In this document: positions 18,633 to 26,399 of the stretch, one piece after another
How positions within the stretch are numbered: position 1 is the stretch's first letter
Layout: each line of letters opens with the position of its first letter
From: Pseudomonadota bacterium
GTDB lineage: Bacteria; Bdellovibrionota_B; Oligoflexia; Oligoflexales; RGVZ01
Length of the DNA: 35,872 nucleotides
Reading direction: 5' to 3'
Assembly (NCBI GenBank): GCA_041178085.1
Contig: JBEGVZ010000065.1
Span: 1-35,872, forward strand
The notes under the pieces: generated by a model
Seen by the model: only the letters and a program-made list of their open reading frames with translations
The model's database searches: none
Told to the model about the DNA's origin: nothing
Made by a program: the position numbers and the translations under genes

Positions 18633-20964
18633 GGCTCCTTCCGCGAGCCATCAGATTTTCTGCCTCGTCCTGTGCAGCCGGATTTGCGAGAAGGAGATTC
18701 CGTGCAGCCGCATCTGCAAGGGCTGGGACACGGGTGCATTTGCGCGGACCAGATTCACATAGTCTGAGCGCCCTTTTTAACAAATTGACCGACTCATCAA
18801 ATTGCAAACTACCAGACAGGCGCGCAGCCTGTTGCAAGGCATTGTCTGCCAGTACGTCAACATCACTTGCGCCGCCAATCAATTGATGGATCGCATCGTG
18901 ATCCCCCAGCATCGCAAGGAAAGATCCAAACCAGATCCTGAGCCCAGGATGACGCGGAAATCGCTTGATGGCTTCACGGTAATGTTTCAGGGCAAGTTCC
19001 GGGCGAAGCGGATCCTCAAGGAGCTCTCCACTGACGGCCAACAGCCAAGGGGCGACACCTGCACTGGCATTCAAAAGCCCGTCACGAAGCAGGTCTTGAG
19101 CCCTCCCGGGACTTCCCGACGCAGCCAAAACACGCGCCATCCTGAGGGTTGCCTCCGGATCGTGGGGAGAAGTCATCAGGATTTCCTCCAGATTCCTCTG
19201 AGCAATACCCCGAAAGGCCTCACGCTCTTGCAAAGACAAAGACATATCTGCAGCAAGCCTCTCCGCAACGCGGGCCCTCGTCATTGCGATGTCACGCGCC
19301 AGGGCACCGACTATCCCATCAAATTGAAGAATGGAAAGCGCGTCGCGGTAATTGCCCCGGGCGTAAGCAAGAAATCCGCGGACGTATGAAACGCGAAGGG
19401 GGTCATCCGTCATGTTTGCAGCCAGGCTATCCGCCGATCCAGACGCCTCATCAAACCTTCGCAACAGGATCAAGGCCATGGTTTCCTGATAGGGCAATTC
19501 ACGTGCAACAGCAGTCTGCAAAACCGGCGGCGAACTCGCCATCAGGGAGGAAAGTTCCCGGTAACGAGCAAGGGCATCCTCGTAACGACCATCGCGCAAC
19601 AGCGCGTTACCAAGGTTCAGACGTGCACGCAGACTGCCGGGATCAGTCTTCAAAACTGATGACCAAAGGCTTTCCGCAGATTCCCAGACACGATTTCGCT
19701 TTTCTGTAAGCGAGGCAAGACCGGTCAGGACCAGAATCACCACCATCAACGCCAGAAACTGGCGCCTCGGCGCAAGATCAATCCGTTCAGCAAAGGCAAC
19801 CAAGATAGCCGCGAGCCCCCAGCAAATACCGGCAAAAGGCAGATAAGCGCGCTGCTCCATCATGAAATCACGAATGGGAAATATCGATGACTCGACAAGA
19901 AGGTTGCCAAAAAACCAACAGACACCGAAACATGCCATACGAAACCATGGCGAACTGCGTCGATCAAGGACAGCAATCACCGAGGCAATGACAGCCAGCG
20001 CCACAAATATCCATCCTGCAATCCCAGCCCAGGTCAACGGATCATTCCCACCAGCGGGCATCTGGACAACATGGTCAACTGACTGTAGGGGAGGCCAAAA
20101 AATTACCTGCAGATATTTCCAGATGACTCTTCCTTGAACGAGGAAATATTCCTGGGCGCCAAGCCCCTGAAGCCCATGACTGGCAACCCGGGAAGCGATA
20201 CCGGATCCTGCCGCCATCAAGGCCGGTATGATCAACGGCAGACATAAGAACAGAAAATCTGCACGAATAAACTTCCTCGTCTGTGAGCCTCTGGCTTCCT
20301 GCGTAGTGAAGGCCCACGCTGCAAAGACGAAAAGCACTGGCAAGGTCGCGACGTTGGGCTTGCTCATCATCGCCAATGCAGCCAATAAAAAGGAAAGCCA
20401 CCACGCCCACGCCTCCCGCCGCAGGAGCCAAACCGTGAAAAAGGCGAAAGATGCCAGGCCAAAACACCCGGCCAAAGAAGCCAGACGCTGATAGATATAG
20501 GTAACGGCCTGGGTTTGTACGGGGTGCGCCGCGAACAAACCCGAAGCCATGATTGCAAGCAAGTATTCATTCCGACGGGCAAGCGCGGAACCGGCAAGGC
20601 GGGCAAGGTTCACGGCGCTGAGCCCACAGAATCCTGCGGCAATGACGTGCAGAAAAAAATTGAATTTTCGAAATCCGCATGGGTCCGGTCCCGACAGGCC
20701 CCACGATACGACAAAAGAAAGCAGTCCAAGAACCCGTTCACCACCGAAGCGGAAAATCCCCCGCAGTCCTTCAGCGCTGAAATTGTTAATGACAGGATTG
20801 TTCACGATGCCGTTCAGGTCATCGAACAGAAACGGAAAATGACAGGTATCCCCATAGCCCCATGCTGTCATGACACCCGCCACAACGAACCCCGCCAGTG
20901 CAGGAGAAATTTCCGCACTCGCCCCGGCTTTCAGGCGCTGGATCGGTGTGGCTGCAGACTTCAT
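18595..20964 (-). CDS. TMTC-like GT-C membrane glycosyltransferase with C-terminal TPR repeats
   Basis: FLFDD acidic pair after TM1, HPVQTQAVTYIYQR, SKP, EQRAYLP, RNRVW...LW, then TPR-like helices (ARLNLGNALL..GRYEDA). Confidence 0.82.
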   Translation of the reverse strand: MKSAATPIQRLKAGASAEISPALAGFVVAGVMTAWGYGDTCHFPFLFDDLNGIVNNPVINNFSAEGLRGIFRFGGERVLGLLSFVVSWGLSGPDPCGFRKFNFFLHVIAAGFCGLSAVNLARLAGSALARRNEYLLAIMASGLFAAHPVQTQAVTYIYQRLASLAGCFGLASFAFFTVWLLRREAWAWWLSFLLAALAMMSKPNVATLPVLFVFAAWAFTTQEARGSQTRKFIRADFLFLCLPLIIPALMAAGSGIASRVASHGLQGLGAQEYFLVQGRVIWKYLQVIFWPPLQSVDHVVQMPAGGNDPLTWAGIAGWIFVALAVIASVIAVLDRRSSPWFRMACFGVCWFFGNLLVESSIFPIRDFMMEQRAYLPFAGICWGLAAILVAFAERIDLAPRRQFLALMVVILVLTGLASLTEKRNRVWESAESLWSSVLKTDPGSLRARLNLGNALLRDGRYEDALARYRELSSLMASSPPVLQTAVARELPYQETMALILLRRFDEASGSADSLAANMTDDPLRVSYVRGFLAYARGNYRDALSILQFDGIVGALARDIAMTRARVAERLAADMSLSLQEREAFRGIAQRNLEEILMTSPHDPEATLRMARVLAASGSPGRAQDLLRDGLLNASAGVAPWLLAVSGELLEDPLRPELALKHYREAIKRFPRHPGLRIWFGSFLAMLGDHDAIHQLIGGASDVDVLADNALQQAARLSGSLQFDESVNLLKRALRLCESGPRKCTRVPALADAAARNLLLANPAAQDEAENLMARGRSLTERPEADGNKP

Positions 20965-21869
20965 TCACGCATCGCCAGAACGTGCATGATCTCTTTGGCG
21001 CGCTGCGAGACGGAATTAAGAATGACTCCCGCCACGGCAAAGAGCAGACCTGTGATTCCACTCAACACAGCAAGGAATCTCGCGCCCTCGCCGGCAGCAG
21101 GGAACGCACCGTTCCATAGGGCCGCGGCAAGAAGGCAGAGCACAACGGAGATGGAACCAAAAAAGGTGAATGGCTTGGAGTCCTTCAGGATACGGAAAAT
21201 GGCAAAACCGATGATCAAGCCATCGTGGATGGTCCGCAACTTGGATTCACTCCCGGGCGGCCGCTGCGCGAAACGCGTTGGAATCTCTTCGATAGCCCAC
21301 TTCAATTCCACAGCCTTCAATGTCATTTCGGTCTCTATTTCAAACCCACCGGATTCCACCGGCAGAGTCTTGTATGCAGCGCGCGAAAAAGCACGGTATC
21401 CGCTCAAGACATCCTTCACAGGGAGGTCAAATAGCCAGCGCATAAGGCCGCCGAGCATCTGGTTTCCCGCCAGATGGAATGGACGGAATGCTCCCTGTTC
21501 GGCCTGTTCAAGCCGGGATCCCACCACAATGTCGGCACGATGCTCGATGATCGGAGCGATCATGGAGGGCCAAGCCTCAACATCGTTCGTGTTGTCGCCA
21601 TCGATCATGATCAAGATATCGGCATCGCATTCACGGAACATCTTACGTACGACGTGACCCTTGCCGAGACGCTTCTCGATGCGGACTTCAGCACCGGCTG
21701 CTTTGGCGAGATTTGCGGAACGATCACTCGATCCGTTATCAAAAACAATGATCCGTCCTTGCGGGCAAGCCTTGCGAATACGTTCCACCACGGCCGCAAT
21801 TGCAAGCTCCTCATTCAGACACGGAATGCACCATGTGATGGACACTTGACGGACTTCCTTGTCACTCAT
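20961..21869 (-). CDS. GT2 glycosyltransferase, DPM1/polyprenyl-phosphate sugar synthase-like, with two C-terminal TMs
   Basis: IPCLNEE, DNGSSD, GKG, IDGD, GSR, DVLSGYRAF, FEIETE, R..GSESKL. ATG 21869 overlaps the GT4 stop (ATGA). Confidence 0.9.
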   Translation of the reverse strand: MSDKEVRQVSITWCIPCLNEELAIAAVVERIRKACPQGRIIVFDNGSSDRSANLAKAAGAEVRIEKRLGKGHVVRKMFRECDADILIMIDGDNTNDVEAWPSMIAPIIEHRADIVVGSRLEQAEQGAFRPFHLAGNQMLGGLMRWLFDLPVKDVLSGYRAFSRAAYKTLPVESGGFEIETEMTLKAVELKWAIEEIPTRFAQRPPGSESKLRTIHDGLIIGFAIFRILKDSKPFTFFGSISVVLCLLAAALWNGAFPAAGEGARFLAVLSGITGLLFAVAGVILNSVSQRAKEIMHVLAMRE

Positions 21870-23020
21870 GCCTGCTCCAATCCTTTGAACACTTCCATCC
21901 AATGAGCCGTGATGCGATTCCAGCCCCAATTCGCGACGGCAAACCTGTGACGGGCGAGTCGTTTCTCCACAGAAAGTTCTTCGCGGCGTCGACCAAGGAA
22001 CGCACGAACAGCCGCATCAAAGGCGCCAACGGAGCGCTCGGCAACAATCAAGACCCCGGCAGCTGCCGGATCCCCGCTGGCCGTTTCGGGAGTCACAAAA
22101 GCAGGCAAACCACAACTGATCGCCTCCTGGACAACGAGGGGAAACCCCTCCCCGGCCGATGGCAGAATGAGGGCGTCACAACTCCGGTACAGTTCCAACA
22201 TTTGCGTGCGATCACAAGATCCCGCGACGATGACATTCGCGAGCTTCCAGGCCGCAGGGTCAATAACACCCCAACCGGCAAAAACCCAGTCACAGCCCGG
22301 AAAACGAATTGCCAGCTCCTTCAGTATCTCAAGTCCTTTGCGTTCAATAAAGCGACCGGCAAATAGAAATCGAGGACGGGCAGGCAAAGTGATTCCGGAG
22401 TCAATTGCACCGGGCGAAAATACCGCCACGTCCAAACCGTTACTGATGCGGACCGAGCGCGACAAACTGCGCGGAAAGAGGTGTTTGAAGTATTTTTCCA
22501 CCTTGCTGCTGCAAAAGACCACCTGGGCACTATGACAAAGGACAAGCCAGCCCAAGACGCGGTAGCCCGCGGACATCAACCAGGACAGAAGGCGCGAACG
22601 AAAGGGGATCATGTCGATGTGTTGCAAGACAACAACGGGGCGTCGGTAAATCTTCGCCAGAAGCCAACCAATGACAGAAGACGGATAGAGGCAATCATTC
22701 AGGAACACAGCATCACATCGAGCAATGCCTTGCGCGAGGCGCAGGATTGCGTGGGGCGGCCAAACCGGCATCGGCAGACCAGTCCGCCGTTCAAGCAGGT
22801 TCCAACAGGGAAGTGCATGAATGATAACGCGCGGATCCACGGAGGCATGATCATCAGCTCTATGAGCGACCCCCGTGGCGGACGTTGTTTCACTGGCAAA
22901 CCACTCGAATTTCATGCCACTGCCATCATCCGCGGAAAGGCGCGAAAGGATTTCCCCGGCAATGATTTCCAGGCCCCCGCGGTGAGCAGGGAAAAAGTTG
23001 GTAATTGCGACACATTTCAT
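21866..23020 (-). CDS. GT4 family glycosyltransferase
   Basis: FPAHRGGLE, ISNGLD, FAGRFIERKG, PSAGEGFPLVVQEAISCGLP. Confidence 0.92.
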   Translation of the reverse strand: MKCVAITNFFPAHRGGLEIIAGEILSRLSADDGSGMKFEWFASETTSATGVAHRADDHASVDPRVIIHALPCWNLLERRTGLPMPVWPPHAILRLAQGIARCDAVFLNDCLYPSSVIGWLLAKIYRRPVVVLQHIDMIPFRSRLLSWLMSAGYRVLGWLVLCHSAQVVFCSSKVEKYFKHLFPRSLSRSVRISNGLDVAVFSPGAIDSGITLPARPRFLFAGRFIERKGLEILKELAIRFPGCDWVFAGWGVIDPAAWKLANVIVAGSCDRTQMLELYRSCDALILPSAGEGFPLVVQEAISCGLPAFVTPETASGDPAAAGVLIVAERSVGAFDAAVRAFLGRRREELSVEKRLARHRFAVANWGWNRITAHWMEVFKGLEQA

Positions 23021-23046
23021 GGAATTAGGTTAACTGACCGGGGGGC

Positions 23047-23081
23047 AAAAGAAAAATCCCGCCGGCTTTTTGCCGGCGGGA
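23047..23081 (-). terminator. intrinsic terminator of the small-protein gene
   Basis: Minus strand TCCCGCCGGC-aaaaa-GCCGGCGGGA followed by TTTTTCTTTT. Confidence 0.85.
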
Positions 23082-23115
23082 GCATTGGTTTAGTCCATTA
23101 CTACGGACTCCGAGA

Positions 23116-23304
23116 TCAACCTGCTTTCTTGTGCTGGTTTTGGTTGGTGTTCCCCTGGAAGTTATTGTTGTTGTTATTAGGCGTGCCGCCACCTTCAGCG
23201 TTGAAGCGGTGCGTATGTGAGTTACGCTCTGCCTGCTTCTTTGCCATCTCAGCCTGGTGGTGCTTCTTGTGCTTCATTTTGTCTTTTGGACTTTTGTCAC
23301 CCAT
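23116..23304 (-). CDS. small basic, Asn/Gln-rich hypothetical protein (62 aa)
   Basis: Strong SD AAAGGAGG, its own promoter and its own terminator; sequence MGDKSPKDKMKHKKHH...NNNNNNFQGNTNQNQHKKAG. Confidence 0.8.
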   Translation of the reverse strand: MGDKSPKDKMKHKKHHQAEMAKKQAERNSHTHRFNAEGGGTPNNNNNNFQGNTNQNQHKKAG

Positions 23305-23327
23305 GTGTGGTCCTCCTTTAGAGGATC

Positions 23328-23353
23328 CATCGGCGGGTTTCAGGCGAGCTTTA
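23328..23353 (-). promoter_or_regulatory. putative sigma28 (FliA) promoter for the 62-aa gene
   Basis: Minus strand TAAA-gctcgcctgaaaccc(15)-GCCGATG. Confidence 0.7.
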
Positions 23354-23413
23354 CAAGATTTTGGTAATTACCTGAAATCACGATATTTTTTTAGTAATCA
23401 TAGGATGTTGGAA

Positions 23414-24229
23414 TTAGCTGAGCGCGTTCAGGGCCTGCCGGAAAGAGGCCACCCGGCTGCTATCGACCGGGGCAGCAAGGTCGCCCCCACGCTTGAGAGC
23501 CGTGCCAACGATAAATCCACGCGCGTGGCGTGAAAGTTCTTTGAGGTTATCGAGTGCAGCCCCGCTACCAATAAACACCGGATGCTTGCCGGCTGCGACA
23601 TTGGCCTGGCGCAACAGTTCCATGTCCACCGCCTTGCCGGTGCCAGATCCACTCACAACAATGCCGTCGGCCATGGCCCGGTGGCAAAGGTCGTCAATCT
23701 CCTGGGCAAGTGAGCCGCCTTGACCGAGGGGTGTGGAGTGTTTGACTTGCACATCCGCAAGAATGCCGATGTGAGTTGCACCGATCTCGCGCCGGTAGCG
23801 CAGCAAATCATGCGCTGACCCTTCGATGATCCCCTGGTCAGTGACGCGGGCCCCGGCAAGGATATTAACCCGGATGAAATCGGCACCTGCAGCCAGGGCA
23901 ATCGCAAGCGCAGTCATTCCATCGTTGCGCAAGACATTGATGCCAATCGGTTTACCGGAAACCTTGCGGACCATGATGGCAAGGCGGGTCATGACGGTCG
24001 CGACCTGGACGGGATTTCGTCCGGGAAAAAACGGGGCGTCGCCAAAATTTTCGATCATGATGGCATCGACCCCGCCATCGGCAAGGGCTTTGGCATCAGC
24101 CGCCACGAAAGTTTCGATCGCTTCCAAGGACTTTGCCATTGATTGCCTGCCATCAAAACGAGGCGAACCCGGCAGAGGGGGCAGGTGGATCATTCCAATC
24201 AACGGTAATTTCGCTTCAAAAATACTCAT
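23414..24229 (-). CDS. BtpA/SgcQ family TIM-barrel protein
   Basis: IGMIHLPPLPGSP, ENFGDAPF, GINVLRND, FIRVN, DVQVKH, VSGSGTG, IGSG, IVGT. ATG at 24229. Confidence 0.92.
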   Translation of the reverse strand: MSIFEAKLPLIGMIHLPPLPGSPRFDGRQSMAKSLEAIETFVAADAKALADGGVDAIMIENFGDAPFFPGRNPVQVATVMTRLAIMVRKVSGKPIGINVLRNDGMTALAIALAAGADFIRVNILAGARVTDQGIIEGSAHDLLRYRREIGATHIGILADVQVKHSTPLGQGGSLAQEIDDLCHRAMADGIVVSGSGTGKAVDMELLRQANVAAGKHPVFIGSGAALDNLKELSRHARGFIVGTALKRGGDLAAPVDSSRVASFRQALNALS

Positions 24230-24269
24230 GGCGTTGCCATCATAGCACACAGAAAATCGATCGACACCG

Positions 24270-24287
24270 GGACTTGCGCGCAAGTCC
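24270..24287. promoter_or_regulatory. perfect 18-bp palindrome, candidate operator
   Basis: GGACTTGCG|CGCAAGTCC in the 77-bp divergent gap between btpA and the cupredoxin gene. Confidence 0.5.
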
Positions 24288-24306
24288 AAAAAACCCAGGA
24301 GGCCCC

Positions 24307-24669
24307 ATGAAACTTAGAAATCTTGCCCTGAATTTTGCCATGACTGTCGCTTCGCTCGTCGTTGGTGCGTCCACTTCTCTCTCTGCGACCACAGTCGATT
24401 TTACAGCCAAGCTGGAAGGTGGAAAAAAAATCTGGGCACCGGCAGAAGTGAAGGTTGAACCAGGCAAGGAAGTCACCCTGAAAGTCACCAACACATTGAC
24501 CGAGCCCCATGGCTTTGAAATCGCAGGTCACGTGCAGCCTCAGGTAATCGGCGCGGGCGAAACCAAGACATACAAAATCACGCCAAAGACAGACGGCAGC
24601 CTTAAAGTTTCCTGTCACCTGCACCCGGCCCACGTCCCCGCCACCATCAAAGTGGAAAAGAAGAAGTGA
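24307..24669 (+). CDS. periplasmic cupredoxin, nitrosocyanin-like
   Basis: AGGAGG RBS; signal peptide; P.EVKVEPGKEVTLKVTN..PHGFEI...VIGAGETKT...SCHLHPAH. Confidence 0.85.
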   Translation: MKLRNLALNFAMTVASLVVGASTSLSATTVDFTAKLEGGKKIWAPAEVKVEPGKEVTLKVTNTLTEPHGFEIAGHVQPQVIGAGETKTYKITPKTDGSLKVSCHLHPAHVPATIKVEKKK

Positions 24670-26399
24670 GGAAGTGCCACCCGACCGTTGTTGCTACGGC
24701 CGTACTCGCCGTACTTGCCGCCTGTGTCACAACCTCGGCCAAATGGCGGGGTGGGGATACGGGCAAGACGGCTTCCTCGCAACGCGGAATGGTGGCTGCA
24801 GCGCATCCGCTGGCTTCGGCCGCAGGGGCAAAAATCCTGGCCGCCGGAGGTAACGCAGTAGATGCCGCGGTTGCGGCGTCGTTTGTCATTTCTGTGGTCC
24901 GCCCACAGTCCACCGGAGTTGGTGGGGGCGGATTTCTGCTTCTGCACGAACAAAAAACCGGGCAAACCCGCGCCTATGACTTCCGTGAGCGTGCCCCTCG
25001 CAAAGCCACGGCGGCCTTATATGACCAGCTTCCTGCTGAGGCAACCTTGAATGGCGCCAGGGCAGTTGCGACGCCAGGCCTGGTTCCTGGACTGGCCGAG
25101 GTCCACGCAAGGCACGGGAAGCTCCCGTGGAAAACCCTCTTGGAACCTGCCATCGCCGTCGCCCGCGACGGATTTGAGGTTTACGGACAACTTGCTGAAG
25201 CTCTGGACGACCGGAAAGATATCCTCGCGCGTTTTCCCGAAAGCACGGCGATCTTTTTCAAGGAGGGGCAGCCGCTCAAAAAAGGAGAAACCCTGATCCA
25301 GAGGGAATTGGCCGCGACGTTGACCAGAGTCGCAAATGATGGCGGCGATGACTTTATAGCCGGTGAAACAGCACGCAGGATGGTGGCAGCCGTCAAAAAA
25401 CATGGTGGCCTGATGGATGCCACGGACCTTCTCAAGTATAAAATGCTTGAGCGCCAGCCACTCACCACAAGCTTTGCCGGACGGACTATCCTGTCAATGC
25501 CCCCGCCATCAAGCGGCGGCATTGCGGCAATCGAAATCTTGAACATCCTGGACCGTGATCGCAATGCGATCGCCAAGGCAGGCTTTGCCTCATTCTATCA
25601 CTGGCACATGCTGGCAGAGGCCATGCGCCGTGCTTTTGCTGACCGGGCAAATTTCCTGGGTGATCCCGATTTCATCAAAATCCCGATGGAACGCTTGACG
25701 GGACTGGAACATGCTGCCAAATGGCGCGCTGGAATAAATTCTAAAAAGGCGAGCGTTTCGCTGGATCTGCCGCTTGACCCGGCAGCGCCGCAACGAGAGT
25801 CGGGATCCACCACCCACATTTCTGTGGTTGACGAAGACGGCAACGCAGTCGCCACCACACAAACCATCAACTACTCGTTTGGATCGTGCCTGGTCGCAGC
25901 GGGGACGGGCATCGTTCTGAATGATGAAATGGATGACTTTTCCCGTGGCGGCAGCCAACCAAACGCCTATGGGTTGATCGGAAATGCCGCCAACGCGATC
26001 GCCCCGCGCAAGACACCTCTGTCTTCCATGACTCCAACGATTGTCTTGAATGGATCCAAGCAGGTCGAAATCGTAGCGGGTTCCCCAGGAGGGCCGAGGA
26101 TCATCTCTGCCACTTTGCAAACCCTGTTCAATCATATGGTGTTTGACATGACTCCGGCAGAGAGCGTGCATGCCCCGCGCATCCACCACCAGTGGATACC
26201 AGACAAGTTATTTGTTGAAATTGCACAAGCCCCGCAATCTACCATCGCACAGCTGAAGTCTGCAGGACACGTGGTCGAAAACATAAAAATGGTCGGCGAT
26301 GTGCAAGCGGTGTTTTCATCCTCAGACCCTGCAGCGAGGACGCGCAAACTGACTGGCGTGTCCGATACACGATCCGAGGGGATGCCCCGGGGTCATTGA
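24666..26399 (+). CDS. ggt: gamma-glutamyltransferase (lipoprotein)
   Basis: GGNAVDAAVA, DFRERAP, autoprocessing TTHISVVD, NDEMDDF, LSSMTP, GSPGG; lipobox LAA-C; GTGA overlap with the cupredoxin. Confidence 0.95.
   Translation: MRKCHPTVVATAVLAVLAACVTTSAKWRGGDTGKTASSQRGMVAAAHPLASAAGAKILAAGGNAVDAAVAASFVISVVRPQSTGVGGGGFLLLHEQKTGQTRAYDFRERAPRKATAALYDQLPAEATLNGARAVATPGLVPGLAEVHARHGKLPWKTLLEPAIAVARDGFEVYGQLAEALDDRKDILARFPESTAIFFKEGQPLKKGETLIQRELAATLTRVANDGGDDFIAGETARRMVAAVKKHGGLMDATDLLKYKMLERQPLTTSFAGRTILSMPPPSSGGIAAIEILNILDRDRNAIAKAGFASFYHWHMLAEAMRRAFADRANFLGDPDFIKIPMERLTGLEHAAKWRAGINSKKASVSLDLPLDPAAPQRESGSTTHISVVDEDGNAVATTQTINYSFGSCLVAAGTGIVLNDEMDDFSRGGSQPNAYGLIGNAANAIAPRKTPLSSMTPTIVLNGSKQVEIVAGSPGGPRIISATLQTLFNHMVFDMTPAESVHAPRIHHQWIPDKLFVEIAQAPQSTIAQLKSAGHVVENIKMVGDVQAVFSSSDPAARTRKLTGVSDTRSEGMPRGH

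Noticed and set aside
23160..23180. (AAC/AAT)n tract as a contingency microsatellite or CRISPR-like repeat
   Set aside because: Only six mixed Asn codons, in frame, with no spacers; no repeat-spacer array seen anywhere in the window.
20515..23533. Plus-strand ORFs of 380 aa (20515-21657) and 350 aa (22481-23533)
   Set aside because: They overlap well-supported minus-strand genes and a terminator, and have no recognisable features.
23414..24669. btpA as evidence of photosynthesis, or the cupredoxin as evidence of ammonia oxidation
   Set aside because: BtpA/SgcQ is widespread in non-phototrophs; no photosystem, amo or hao genes in the window.
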